Shown here piece by piece: positions 20,034 through 30,286 of a DNA stretch of 64,000 nucleotides. The notes beneath the pieces were generated by a model. The model was not told the DNA's origin. It saw only the letters and a list, made by a program, of their open reading frames with translations, and ran no database searches. Location: the NCBI GenBank assembly GCA_965232515.1, contig CBDDPY010000002.1, positions 2,688,001 through 2,752,000 on the forward strand. Direction: 5' to 3'. The translations under genes were made by a program, and so were the position numbers. This stretch comes from Alphaproteobacteria bacterium. GTDB lineage: Bacteria; Pseudomonadota; Alphaproteobacteria; GCA-2731375. The first letter of the stretch is position 1; every line of letters starts with the position of its first letter.

Positions 20034-21383
20034 TTATCCGGGGAGCGGCACGCCGGCTTTCTTCAATGCCGCGGTCTGACGCTTCTCCAGGGCCTTCACG
20101 TCGAAGTCGTCGATCAGGTCGTGGAACAGCCGGTGCCAGTTGATCTCGGCGGCAAGATGCATGAAAACGCCGCCGAGACCGATGGCGGCGCGATCCATGA
20201 AGACGAATTCGCGCGGCGGCCGCACGCCGCCCAGCTCGCGCAGCCTGCGGTGGACCTTTTCGGCCACCTCGCGGCCGTAGATGCCGCTCGATTCCATTTC
20301 CTGGATGCGCCGCTGGCGATCCTCCAGCAACGGCCCGTAGACGAAGTTCGCCCACATATTGAGGGTGTCGATGACCTCGTTGGAGAGGTCGAAGAAGCCC
20401 CAGGTCTCGTAGGCGTGTACCGCCAGCTCGCGGTCGTCGTCGCGAATCGCCTTGTACAGGTCGATCACGCCGGCGACGAATTTCGGCTTGAAGACGCGAA
20501 TGCAGCCGAAATCGAGCAAGTTGATGCCGTAGTCGGGCCGGACCGAGTAGTTGCCGAGATGCGGATCGCCGTGGATGACGCCGTAGTCGTAGAAAGGCAC
20601 ATACCAGGCCCGGAACATGTTGTTGGCGATGGCGTTGCGGGTCTCGAGGTCGGCATCCTTGAAATCCAGCAGCGACCGGCCGTCGAGCCAGGCCATGGTC
20701 AGCAGCCGCTTGGTGCACAATTCCGGCAGCACGCCGGGAATATGCACATGCGCTTCGCCGCCCAGCATCGCGTTGTAGAGGCGCATATGCCGCGCCTCCA
20801 GCTCGTAGTCCAGCTCCTCGCGCAGACGGGCCGCGATCTCCTCGTGGATGTGGCTGGTGTCGATGCTTTTGTCGTAACGGTGATAGATCGCGAAGATCAG
20901 CTTGAGCTGCTTCAGGTCGGCCTCGACCGCCGACTGCATGTCCGGATACTGCAGCTTGCAGGCCAGCACGCGGTCGTCGAGACGGGCCCGGTGCACCTGT
21001 CCCAGCGACGCCGCGGCGGCGGCTTCATGCTCGAACTCGTCGAAGGATTTCTGCCAGTCGGCACCCAGCTCGCTCGCCATCCGGCGCTTCACGAACAGCC
21101 AGCCCATGGCCGGCGCGTTCGATTGCAGCTGGATCAACTCCTGCACGTATTCCTGCGGCAGCGCCTCGGGGATGGTCGCCATGATCTGGGCGACCTTCAT
21201 CAGCGGGCCTTTCAGGCCACCGAGGGCCATGCGCAGCTCGTTGGCGTGCTTGTCGCGGTCGAGCTTGATGCCGAGGAAGCGTTCGCCGGCCAGACGCGCG
21301 GCCAGGCCGCCGACGGCGGTCGAGACCTGTGCGTAGCGCTTCACCCGGCCCGATACGCGGCTTTCTTCACGGTCGTTGGCCAA
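20034..21383 (-). CDS. AarF/ABC1/UbiB family kinase
   Basis: KVAQ, AAASLGQVHRA, KLQYP, HGDPHLGN and LDFG motifs; TTG start. Confidence 0.92.
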   Translation of the reverse strand: MANDREESRVSGRVKRYAQVSTAVGGLAARLAGERFLGIKLDRDKHANELRMALGGLKGPLMKVAQIMATIPEALPQEYVQELIQLQSNAPAMGWLFVKRRMASELGADWQKSFDEFEHEAAAAASLGQVHRARLDDRVLACKLQYPDMQSAVEADLKQLKLIFAIYHRYDKSIDTSHIHEEIAARLREELDYELEARHMRLYNAMLGGEAHVHIPGVLPELCTKRLLTMAWLDGRSLLDFKDADLETRNAIANNMFRAWYVPFYDYGVIHGDPHLGNYSVRPDYGINLLDFGCIRVFKPKFVAGVIDLYKAIRDDDRELAVHAYETWGFFDLSNEVIDTLNMWANFVYGPLLEDRQRRIQEMESSGIYGREVAEKVHRRLRELGGVRPPREFVFMDRAAIGLGGVFMHLAAEINWHRLFHDLIDDFDVKALEKRQTAALKKAGVPLPG

Positions 21384-21384
21384 G

Positions 21385-23160
21385 CTACAGCGCCTCCAGC
21401 TCGTCGATGAATTGCTCGATGACGCCGAGGCCGCGACGCCAGAAGTCGGGATCGCCGGCATCGAGACCGAAGGGCGCCAGCAATTCGCGGTGCCGCAAGG
21501 TGCCGCCGGCGCGCAGCATGTCGAGATACTTGTCCTGAAAGCCCTGCTCGGCGTTCTGGTAGACGGCGTAGAGGGAGTTCACCAGGCAATCGCCGAAGGC
21601 ATAGGCATAGACATAGAACGGCGAATGGATGAAGTGCGGAATGTAGCACCAGTAGGCGGCGTAGTCCGGCGTCAGCTTGATCGCCGGGCCCAGGCTCTCG
21701 CCCTGCACGGCGAGCCAGATCTCGCCAATCCGGTCGGCGGTGAGCTCACCGCCACGGCGCTCGTCATGCAGCCGGCGTTCGAATTCGTAGAAGGCGATCT
21801 GCCGCACCACCGTGTTGATCATGTCCTCGACCTTGGCGGCGAGCATGATCTTGCGGCGGCCGGGATCGCTCTCGGCATCGAGAAGCGCGCGGAAGGTCAG
21901 CTGCTCGCCGAACACGCTCGCGGTCTCGGCCAGCGTCAGCGGCGTTTCGGCCATCAACGCGCCCTGCTCTCCGGCCAAAACCTGATGCACGCCGTGGCCC
22001 AACTCATGCGCCAGCGTCATCACGTCCCGCGTCTTGCCCTGATAGTTCAGCAGCAGATAGGGATGCGCGCTGGGTACGGTCGGATGCGCGAAGGCGCCCG
22101 GCGACTTGCCGGGCCTGGCCGGCGCGTCGATCCAGGCATTATCGAAGAAGCGCCGGCCGATCGCCGCCAGATCGGTCGAGAACCGGCCATAGGCGTCAAG
22201 CACCACGTCGCGCGCCTCGGTCCAGGGAATGATCCGGTCGTCATCCTCGGGCAGCGGCGCGTTGCGGTCCCAATAGTCGAGCCGCTCGCTGTCCATCCAG
22301 CCGGCCTTGAGCTTGTAGTAACGGTGGGACAGGCGCGGATAGGCCTCCTGCACCGCATTGCGCAAGGCGTCGACGACCTCGGCCTCGACCTGGTTGGAGA
22401 GATGCCGGGCGGTGTCCGGCGCCGGATACTTGCGCCAGCGCCCCTCAATGTCTCCGTCCTTGGCGAGCGTGTTGGTGATGAGCGCGAACAGCCGGATGTT
22501 GTCCTGGAAGGTCTGGGCCAGCGCGGCGGCCGCCTGCTTGCGTTTCTTGCCGTCCTTGTCCGAGAGCAGATGCAGGGTCTCTTCGGCCGTCAGCTTGCGC
22601 CCATCGACGTCGAACCGCAGGCCGGCCATGGTTTCGTCGAACAGCCGGGTCCAGGCGGCGCGGCCGGTTATGCGCTTCTCATGCAGGGCCTTCTCGAGTT
22701 CATCGCTCAACTGATAGGGCCGGAAGACACGCTGATCGCGCAGCCAGGGGCGGTAACGCGCCAGCTCGGACGCCGTCAGCTTGGTCTCGAGGTCGTCGTC
22801 CTCGATCCGGTTCAGCTCGAGGCCGAAAAACAGCAGCTCGGCGGAAATGGCGTTCTCGCGCTCCTGCATGGTCTGGAAGAACTGGCCGATGCGGGCATCG
22901 CTCATATCGGACGCGTAGGTCAGATGCGCGAAGCTCATGATCCGGCCGAGGGTCTCGGTGATGCCTTCGAACTCGGCGACCGCGGCGCCAAGGGCGGCGC
23001 CGTCGAGCGACGCCACGGCGCCCGCGTATTTGGCCTTGAAGGCCGCGGCGGCGGCGGCCATGGCGTCCAGATCCGACGACAGGGCCGGCGAATCCATGGC
23101 CGGATAAAGATCGCTCAAATCCCACTCGGGCAACTGGCCCAAGGCGGCGGAACCACTCAT
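21385..23160 (-). CDS. M3 family oligoendopeptidase (PepF-like)
   Basis: WDLSDLY, TLAHELGHGVH, AETASVFGE and PHFIHSPFYVYAY motifs. Confidence 0.95.
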   Translation of the reverse strand: MSGSAALGQLPEWDLSDLYPAMDSPALSSDLDAMAAAAAAFKAKYAGAVASLDGAALGAAVAEFEGITETLGRIMSFAHLTYASDMSDARIGQFFQTMQERENAISAELLFFGLELNRIEDDDLETKLTASELARYRPWLRDQRVFRPYQLSDELEKALHEKRITGRAAWTRLFDETMAGLRFDVDGRKLTAEETLHLLSDKDGKKRKQAAAALAQTFQDNIRLFALITNTLAKDGDIEGRWRKYPAPDTARHLSNQVEAEVVDALRNAVQEAYPRLSHRYYKLKAGWMDSERLDYWDRNAPLPEDDDRIIPWTEARDVVLDAYGRFSTDLAAIGRRFFDNAWIDAPARPGKSPGAFAHPTVPSAHPYLLLNYQGKTRDVMTLAHELGHGVHQVLAGEQGALMAETPLTLAETASVFGEQLTFRALLDAESDPGRRKIMLAAKVEDMINTVVRQIAFYEFERRLHDERRGGELTADRIGEIWLAVQGESLGPAIKLTPDYAAYWCYIPHFIHSPFYVYAYAFGDCLVNSLYAVYQNAEQGFQDKYLDMLRAGGTLRHRELLAPFGLDAGDPDFWRRGLGVIEQFIDELEAL

Positions 23161-23307
23161 GACGGACACTCCTCGGCGAAGGTCATTGTCGATATAGGCC
23201 AAGCGCGCGCCGCATCCAAGCGGCGTGTCCGCGCCAAGTCGTCACGCCGGTTGGAAGGTCGCTACTTCCGGCCACGAAGGGACGGGTCGAGGTCCATGAC
23301 GCCGGCC

Positions 23308-23655
23308 TCAGCCGCCGATGCGTTTGAGCATGACGTCGCGTGTCATATGCAGGGAAATCGCGCCGCTCTGATACTGCAGCGATTTGACGCCGTCGCGCGG
23401 CAGCGGGATCTTCGAGGCGATGCAATAGTGAATCATGGCCGCGCCGGCCTCGTCGAAGGTGAAGATCAGCGCGTTCGTCCGCCCCGCCCGATCGTCGAAG
23501 ATCTCCAGGCTGACGATGAACTCGACATCGCCGGTGACCTCGACGCCGCGGACGACGCCCGGCGGGATCTTCATCTTGCGCGCCCGCGCATAGGACACCA
23601 GGGCGTCCATGACCTCCTGATGCGAAAAGATGATCGTGCGGCTCTCACTCGGCAT
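23308..23655 (-). CDS. hypothetical protein (115 aa)
   Basis: ATG after GGGGGAG with good codon bias. Contains E.RTIIFS..E and YCIASKIPLP. Confidence 0.75.
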   Translation of the reverse strand: MPSESRTIIFSHQEVMDALVSYARARKMKIPPGVVRGVEVTGDVEFIVSLEIFDDRAGRTNALIFTFDEAGAAMIHYCIASKIPLPRDGVKSLQYQSGAISLHMTRDVMLKRIGG

Positions 23656-23727
23656 GACTGCAAGCTCCCCCCGACGTGATCGCGCTGATGCCGGCAATCG
23701 CGCGAACCGCATCCATTCGTAGCGGAT

Positions 23728-23770
23728 AAGTGTGAAGAATTCCGACAGTGTGTCGGTTTTGTTTACACTT
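23728..23770. promoter_or_regulatory. inverted repeat, candidate enhancer (UAS) for a sigma54 activator
   Basis: aagtgtgaagaattccgaca-gtg-tgtcggttttgtttacactt. The arms are complementary at 16/20 positions and contain two TGT-N11-ACA units. Confidence 0.55.
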
Positions 23771-23831
23771 TCTGCGGGGATTTATCCGCCGGTTGATCGC
23801 TAAGTCATTGAAATGGCTGCATTTGGGCAAA

Positions 23832-23848
23832 CTGGCATCAATTTCGCT
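23832..23848 (+). promoter_or_regulatory. sigma54 (-24/-12) promoter
   Basis: ctggcatcaatttcgct has GG-N10-GC spacing and is close to the consensus YTGGCACGRNNNTTGCW. An IHF-like site lies at 23800-23813. Confidence 0.6.
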
Positions 23849-23914
23849 TAAGAGATAGGCAGGTCTGCTTGGAAAGTGATCCTCATGCCGCACATGAACT
23901 TGGGGGGCGGTACG

Positions 23915-24031
23915 ATGTCAAATCGCTTGTCGGCCAGACGTGCGGCGGTGCTGATGCTCGGCGCCTGCGCGTTGGCCTGGCTGCTGCTGGCAGCGGCAAT
24001 CGATATTCTTTGGGTGCATTGGCTGTTCTGA
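23915..24031 (+). CDS. small single-pass membrane peptide (38 aa; up to 48 aa from ATG 23885)
   Basis: MSNRLSARRAAVLMLGACALAWLLLAAAIDILWVHWLF*, with a basic N-terminus, a hydrophobic helix and a G-rich RBS. Not in the ORF track. Confidence 0.55.
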   Translation: MSNRLSARRAAVLMLGACALAWLLLAAAIDILWVHWLF

Positions 24032-24352
24032 TCCGTCGCTGATCGCGCCCCTCCCCCGCCAACAACGACCGCCGGCCTGCCGGCAGAAGACGGCCGCCGC
24101 TCGATCAAATTCGATCAAAACAGCGGCGAGTTCCGATGTTCGCGCCAAAATGCCGCCGCGTTGGCCGTTTTCTTAAGAATTTCTGTGACTTTTTAGTGAT
24201 AAGACCTTTTGGGCCGGGACCAGTCCCTGGTCGAAAGGAAAGATGTGCTATACCCGTCTTGTCCCGTATTGGCACAGATGATAGCGTCATTTCTCGGGTC
24301 CACGGACCTGGGATGGCGGCCATCTTCGCGCAGCTAACGAGTCAGACCACGC

Positions 24353-25852
24353 ATGCCGCAGACCATACTGATCGTCGACGATGATCCGACGCAGCGCCGG
24401 CTGCTGGAGACGGTGATCGAGCGACAGGGCTATCAGACCCAGACGGCCAGCGGCGGCCAGGAAGCCATCGACCGGTTGTCGGACGCCAAGCAGAACGGCG
24501 TCGATCTGCTGTTGCTGGATCTGGTGATGCCTGATATCGACGGCATGAAGGTGCTGGAAGAGGTGCGCCGGTCACATCCGGCCCTTCCCGTCATCATGCT
24601 GACGGCGCAAAGCGGCATCGACACCATCGTGAAGTCCATGCGGGCCGGCGCCAACGACTTCATCGTCAAGCCGGCCAGTCCCGAACGGCTGCAGGTGTCG
24701 ATCGAGAACGCGCTGAAGATGAACGCGCTGACCGGCGAGATCTCGCGGCTGACGCGGAAGATCACCGGCGAGATGACGTTCGGCGACCTGATCAGCGAGA
24801 GCCCGGTGATGCGCCAGGCCATGGACCTGGCCGAGCGGGCGTCGACGTCGAACATCCCGATCCTGATCGAGGGCGAAAGCGGCGTCGGCAAGGAGGTCGT
24901 GGCGCGCGCCATCCAGGGCTCGGGCGAACGCGCCGGCAAGCCGTTCGTCGCCGTCAATTGCGGCGCCATCCCGGAGAATCTGGTCGAAAGCCTGTTGTTC
25001 GGCCACGAAAAGGGCGCCTTTACGGGCGCCAGCGACCGGCATGTCGGCAAGTTCCAAGAGGCCGACGGCGGCACCCTGTTCCTGGACGAGATCGGCGAGC
25101 TGCGCCCGGATATTCAGGTCAAGCTGCTGCGGGCGCTGCAGGAGGGCGAGATCGATCCGGTCGGCGGCAAACGGCCGATTAAGATCGACATCCGGCTGAT
25201 CTCGGCCACCAATCGCAACCTGCAGCAGATGGTGCAGGAAGGAAAGTTTCGCGAGGATCTCTATTACCGGCTGAGCGTCTATCCGATCTACGTGCCGCCG
25301 TTGCGGGAACGGCCGGAGGATCTGGGCCCGCTGGTCGACCACTTCATCGCCAGTTTCGCCGCGACCGAAGGCAAGGCGGTGAAAGGTATCCAGACCGGGG
25401 CGATGCAATTGCTTCGCAGCTATCCCTGGCCAGGCAACGTGCGGCAGCTGGAGAACGCGGTGTTCCGCGCCGTCGTGCTGTGCGACGGCGATGCGTTGGA
25501 CGTGGGAGATTTTCCGCAAATCGCGCAACTCTGCGGTATCGCCAGAGCGGAGCCGGAGATGTCGTCATCGGCGCCCTCACCCGTCATGGCGCCGATGGGG
25601 CAGACCGCAATGCCGATGACGCCGGCTTCGCAGGCACCGGCCCCGCCGACGCCGGGCAACGGCGGGCAGTTGTTCCTGTCGGACGGCAATATCCGTAAGC
25701 TGGAAGACGTCGAGGGCGACATGATTCGCCTGGCGATCGAAAAATACGATGGCCAGATGTCGGAAATCGCCCGCCGCCTCGGCATCGGTCGCTCGACGCT
25801 GTACCGCAAGGTCCGCGACCTCGGCATCGAAGTACGCGGCGGTGCGGACTGA
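24353..25852 (+). CDS. sigma54-dependent response regulator (NtrC family, TacA-like)
   Basis: REC domain (VDDD, DLVMP), GESGVGKE, GAFTGA, WPGNVRQLEN and a Fis HTH. Confidence 0.93.
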   Translation: MPQTILIVDDDPTQRRLLETVIERQGYQTQTASGGQEAIDRLSDAKQNGVDLLLLDLVMPDIDGMKVLEEVRRSHPALPVIMLTAQSGIDTIVKSMRAGANDFIVKPASPERLQVSIENALKMNALTGEISRLTRKITGEMTFGDLISESPVMRQAMDLAERASTSNIPILIEGESGVGKEVVARAIQGSGERAGKPFVAVNCGAIPENLVESLLFGHEKGAFTGASDRHVGKFQEADGGTLFLDEIGELRPDIQVKLLRALQEGEIDPVGGKRPIKIDIRLISATNRNLQQMVQEGKFREDLYYRLSVYPIYVPPLRERPEDLGPLVDHFIASFAATEGKAVKGIQTGAMQLLRSYPWPGNVRQLENAVFRAVVLCDGDALDVGDFPQIAQLCGIARAEPEMSSSAPSPVMAPMGQTAMPMTPASQAPAPPTPGNGGQLFLSDGNIRKLEDVEGDMIRLAIEKYDGQMSEIARRLGIGRSTLYRKVRDLGIEVRGGAD

Positions 25853-26054
25853 GGCTAACCACTTGGCGGCAAAGGCCGCTCAGCCATATCAGAGCTTATC
25901 CGACGCGCGCGCGATCGTGGGCGGACGAAGGCGTATATCGTCCGAATAATCCATACATGACAAAGGGTTATGGGCGACGAAAAGGAAATCTCATTTGTAA
26001 AATAGGTCAGTAAGGATTACCTTTTTACCATACAGGCCGCACCAACCTGGGGTA

Positions 26055-29000
26055 ATGCCTATGACGCTCGCAGCGGTCAGCCTCGACGATAAGTACAGTC
26101 TCGATTCCGGCCGGGTCTATATCACCGGCGTTCAGGCGCTGATCCGATTGCCGCTGATGCAGCGGCAACGCGACATGGCCGCGGGGCTGAACACGGCAGG
26201 CTTCATTTCCGGCTATCGCGGCTCGCCGCTGGCGGCCTACGACCAGCAGCTCTGGCAGGCCAAGACCTACCTCGAACGCAACCACGTCAAGTTCCAGCCC
26301 GGCATCAACGAGGATCTGGCGGCGACGGCCGTCTGGGGCACGCAGCAGGTCAATCTGGGGCCGAAGCCGAAATACGACGGCGTCTTCGGCATCTGGTACG
26401 GCAAGGGCCCCGGCGTCGACCGCTGCGGCGACGTGCTGCGCCACGCCAACGCCGCCGGCACGAGCCCGCATGGCGGCGTGCTGATCATGTGCGGCGACGA
26501 CCATGGCGCCGTGTCGTCGACGTTGCCGCATCAGAGCGAGCACAACCTCGCCTCCTGGATGATGCCGATGCTGTATCCGGCAAGCGTCCAGGAATATATC
26601 GACTATGGCCTCCTCGGCTGGGCCATGTCGCGCTATGCCGGTGTGCTGGTCGGCTTCAAGTGCGTGACCGAGCTGGTCGAGAGCTCGGCCTCGATCCATG
26701 TCGATCCGCACCGCCTCGAGATCGCCTATCCCGACGACTTCGAGATGCCCGACGGCGGTCTGAACGCGCGCTGGCCGGACGACCGCTGGCAGCAGGAAGA
26801 GCGGCTGCAGCTGCACAAGGTCTATGCCGCGCTCGCTTTCGCGCGCGCCAACAAGATCGACCGCGTGGTCATCGACTCGCCAAACCCGCGCATCGGCATC
26901 GTCACCACCGGCAAGTCCTATCTCGACGTGCGCCAGGCGCTCGACGATCTCGGCATCGACGAGAAGATGTGCGCCGACATCGGCATCCGGCTCTACAAGG
27001 TCGGCATGCCCTGGCCGCTGGAGCGCGAGGGCGTGCGCGCCTTCGCCGAGGGCCTGGACGAGGTGCTGGTGATCGAGGAGAAGCGCGCCGTCATCGAGAA
27101 CCAGTTCCGCGAGCAGCTCTACAACTGGCGGGCGGACGTGCGGCCGCGCGTCGTCGGCAAGTTCGACGAGAACGGCGAATGGCTGTTCCCGAGCCACGGC
27201 GAGCTGTCCCCGTCGCAGATCGCCCGCATCATCGTCGACCGGCTCAAGGACTACGTCACCTCGCCGCAGATCGAGGAGCGCATGGCCGTGCTGGAGCGCA
27301 AGGAAGGCGCGCACAGCGCCGAGCCGGCGCCAGTCGAGCGCACGCCCTACTTCTGCTCGGGCTGCCCGCACAACACCTCGACCAAGGTGCCGGACGGCAG
27401 CCGCGCCATGGCCGGCATCGGCTGTCACTTCATGGCGGTCTGGATGGACCGGTCGACCGAGACCTTCACGCAGATGGGCGGCGAAGGCGTGCCCTGGATC
27501 GGCCAGGCCGATTTCACCGACGAGCCGCATATCTTCGCCAATCTGGGCGACGGCACCTATTACCATTCCGGTCTGCTGGCGATCCGGGCCTCGATCGCCG
27601 CCGACGTCAGCATCACCTACAAGATCCTGTTCAACGACGCCGTCGCGATGACCGGCGGCCAGACTCATGACGGCCCGCTGTCGCCCTGGCAGATCAGCCA
27701 GCAGGTGCACCACGAGGGCGTGAAGAAGATCGTCGTCGTCACCGACGAGCCGGAGAAATACGCCGTCGGCACCGACTGGGCGCCGGGTGTGACGATCCGG
27801 CACCGGGACGAGCTGGACAAGGTGCAGCGCGAGCTGCGCGAGGTGCCGGGCGTCACCGCGCTGATCTACGACCAGACGTGTGCCGCCGAGAAGCGCCGCC
27901 GGCGAAAGCGCGGCACCTTCCCGGATCCGGCCAAGCGCGCCTTCATCAACGATCTGGTCTGCGAGGGCTGCGGCGACTGTTCGGTGAAGTCGAACTGCGT
28001 TTCGGTGCAGCCGCTGGAAACCGACTTCGGTCGCAAGCGGCAGATCGACCAGTCCGCCTGCAACAAAGACTTCAGCTGCATCAAGGGCTTCTGCCCCAGC
28101 TTCGTGACGGTGAACGGCGGCACCGTGCGCAAGGCCAAGGCCGACCCGAAGAGCGGGCTGGACGCCGCCGCGGCGGCCGTGCCCGCGCCGGCGGCCCCCG
28201 AGGTGGACAAGCCCTACGATATCCTCGTCACCGGCGTCGGCGGCACCGGTGTCGTCACCGTCGGTGCGTTGCTGGGCATGGCGGCGCATATCGAAGGCAA
28301 GGGCGTCACCGTGCTCGACCATACCGGCCTCGCCCAGAAGAACGGCGCGGTGATGAGCCATGTACGCATCGCCGGGAAGCCGGAGGACATTCACTCCGTG
28401 CGCATGGCCGACGGCAATTGCGACCTGCTGCTGGGCTGCGACATGGTCGTGGCGGCGAGCGGCGAGGCGCTGCGCAAGGTGCAGAGCGGCAGCACGCACG
28501 CGGTCGTCAACAGCCACCTGATCCCGACGGCCGGCTTCACGCTGGACCCCAATATCGACTTTCAGGACGCACGGCTGCGCGAGATGATCCGCGAGGAGGC
28601 CGGCGATAACCTGAGCGAATTCGTCGACGCCACCAAGCTCGCGACCGCGATCATGGGCGATTCCATCGCCACCAACCTGTTCATGCTGGGCTATGCCTAT
28701 CAGCGCGGTCTGGTGCCGATCAGCGAGGACGCGCTGCACCAGGCGATCGAGCTGAACGGCGTCGCCGTCGACAACAACAAGCGGACCTTCGCGCTCGGCC
28801 GGCTTGCCGCGCACGATCTCGGCGCCGTCGAGGCGGCGGCGACGCCGCAGATCGCCGCGCCGTCGACGCCGCCGGCCGAGACGCTGGACGACGTGATCGA
28901 CCGGCGGGTGAAGTTCCTGACCGACTATCAGAACGCCGTCTACGCCCAGGCCTATCTGGACTACGTGCGCAAGACGGCCGACATCGAGGCCGAGCGGGCC

Positions 29001-29540
29001 AAGGGCAAGACCGGGCTGACCGAGGCGGTGGCGCGCTATCTGTTCAAGCTGATGGCCTACAAGGATGAGTACGAGGTCGCCCGGCTCTATACCGACGGCG
29101 ACTTCGAGCGCAAGCTGCGCACCCAGTTCCAGGGCGACTACAAACTGACCTTCCACCTGGCGCCGCCGCTGTTCTCGAACCGCGATCCGGAGACCGGCGA
29201 GCTGCAGAAGAAGGAGTTCGGGCCCTGGGTGTTCAAGGCCTTCAAGCTGTTGGCCGGGATGCGGGGCCTGCGCGGCACGCGCTGGGACATCTTCGGCTAT
29301 ACGGACGAGCGCAAGACCGAACGGCAGCTGATCGTCGACTATCGCGAGACCATGGACCGGATCCTGGGCGCGCTCAACGTCGAGAACCACGCGCTCGCCT
29401 GCGAGATCGCCCGCGTGCCGGAGGAGATCCGCGGCTACGGGCACGTGAAGGAACGCCACCTGGCGGCTGCCAAGGTGAAGGAGGGCGAGCTGCTGGCCGC
29501 CTTCGACAATCCGGCGCCGCAGGCGACCGCAGCGGAGTAG
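26055..29540 (+). CDS. indolepyruvate ferredoxin oxidoreductase family (fused alpha/beta)
   Basis: SGYRGSPL, FCSGCPHN, GDGTY, CEGCGDC..SNC ferredoxin motif, GVGGTGV and YKDEYEVARL. Confidence 0.95.
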   Translation: MPMTLAAVSLDDKYSLDSGRVYITGVQALIRLPLMQRQRDMAAGLNTAGFISGYRGSPLAAYDQQLWQAKTYLERNHVKFQPGINEDLAATAVWGTQQVNLGPKPKYDGVFGIWYGKGPGVDRCGDVLRHANAAGTSPHGGVLIMCGDDHGAVSSTLPHQSEHNLASWMMPMLYPASVQEYIDYGLLGWAMSRYAGVLVGFKCVTELVESSASIHVDPHRLEIAYPDDFEMPDGGLNARWPDDRWQQEERLQLHKVYAALAFARANKIDRVVIDSPNPRIGIVTTGKSYLDVRQALDDLGIDEKMCADIGIRLYKVGMPWPLEREGVRAFAEGLDEVLVIEEKRAVIENQFREQLYNWRADVRPRVVGKFDENGEWLFPSHGELSPSQIARIIVDRLKDYVTSPQIEERMAVLERKEGAHSAEPAPVERTPYFCSGCPHNTSTKVPDGSRAMAGIGCHFMAVWMDRSTETFTQMGGEGVPWIGQADFTDEPHIFANLGDGTYYHSGLLAIRASIAADVSITYKILFNDAVAMTGGQTHDGPLSPWQISQQVHHEGVKKIVVVTDEPEKYAVGTDWAPGVTIRHRDELDKVQRELREVPGVTALIYDQTCAAEKRRRRKRGTFPDPAKRAFINDLVCEGCGDCSVKSNCVSVQPLETDFGRKRQIDQSACNKDFSCIKGFCPSFVTVNGGTVRKAKADPKSGLDAAAAAVPAPAAPEVDKPYDILVTGVGGTGVVTVGALLGMAAHIEGKGVTVLDHTGLAQKNGAVMSHVRIAGKPEDIHSVRMADGNCDLLLGCDMVVAASGEALRKVQSGSTHAVVNSHLIPTAGFTLDPNIDFQDARLREMIREEAGDNLSEFVDATKLATAIMGDSIATNLFMLGYAYQRGLVPISEDALHQAIELNGVAVDNNKRTFALGRLAAHDLGAVEAAATPQIAAPSTPPAETLDDVIDRRVKFLTDYQNAVYAQAYLDYVRKTADIEAERAKGKTGLTEAVARYLFKLMAYKDEYEVARLYTDGDFERKLRTQFQGDYKLTFHLAPPLFSNRDPETGELQKKEFGPWVFKAFKLLAGMRGLRGTRWDIFGYTDERKTERQLIVDYRETMDRILGALNVENHALACEIARVPEEIRGYGHVKERHLAAAKVKEGELLAAFDNPAPQATAAE

Positions 29541-29543
29541 GAC

Positions 29544-30233
29544 ATGACCGAACAGCAATCCACCATCGTCGTCGGCGTCGGACCGGGCCTGGGCGCGTCC
29601 GTCGCGCGGCGTTTCGCCAAGGCCGGCTACGCCGTCGCCCTGGCCTCACGCAGCACCGACAAGCTCGCGCCCATCGTTGACGAGATCGCGCAGGCCGGCG
29701 GCACGGCCAAGGCCTATGCCTGCGACGCCACCAACGAGGCCGACGTTCAGGGCCTGTTCGAGGCGGCCGAAGCCGAGCTGGGACCGGCCGGCGTCGCCGT
29801 CTTCAACGCCAGCGGCCGGGTGCGCAAACCCATCGTCGACATCGAGGCGGACGAGTTCATCGAGGCCTGGATGCGCGGCTGCTTCGGCGGATTTCTTGTC
29901 GGCCGCGAGGCGGCCAGGCGCATGCAACCGCGCAAGTCGGGCTCGATCCTGTTCACCGGCGCGACCGCGAGCGTGAAGGCGCTGGCCCAGTCGGCCGGCT
30001 TCGCGGTGCCGAAATACGGTCTCAAGGCGCTCGCCGAATCCATGGCCCGCGGGCTGCAGCCGGACGGTATTCACGTCGCCCATTTCGTCATCGACGGCGG
30101 CATCGGCCACGACGACGGCGACAAGTTCCTGGACCCCGACGCCATCGCCGAGACCTACTACCAGACCCACGCCCAGCACCGCAGCGCCTGGTCGACCAAC
30201 GTCGAGGTGCGGCCCTGGGTGGAGAATTTTTAG
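29544..30233 (+). CDS. SDR family oxidoreductase
   Basis: GVGPGLG, FTGATAS, FxxxK, HFVIDG and C-terminal RPW.ENF. Confidence 0.9.
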   Translation: MTEQQSTIVVGVGPGLGASVARRFAKAGYAVALASRSTDKLAPIVDEIAQAGGTAKAYACDATNEADVQGLFEAAEAELGPAGVAVFNASGRVRKPIVDIEADEFIEAWMRGCFGGFLVGREAARRMQPRKSGSILFTGATASVKALAQSAGFAVPKYGLKALAESMARGLQPDGIHVAHFVIDGGIGHDDGDKFLDPDAIAETYYQTHAQHRSAWSTNVEVRPWVENF

Positions 30234-30286
30234 CGGGCGAATTGGGGCGGTTTGTCGGGACCGCCGTCATTTGAACCTGATGGCCG

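Noticed and set aside
19798-20718. 306-aa ORF overlapping aarF
   Set aside because: Only the C-terminal 44 aa (ctaH) are credible.
24269-24287. TTGGCAC upstream of the TacA-like gene as a sigma54 promoter
   Set aside because: The GG-to-GC spacing is 11 rather than the required 10.
26025-29558. 1177-aa minus-strand ORF and similar long antisense ORFs (e.g. 21376..23679, 7160..9253, 18136..20079, 30594..32576)
   Set aside because: They are shadows of clear genes on the opposite strand. Such stop-poor frames are expected in high-GC DNA and show no motifs.
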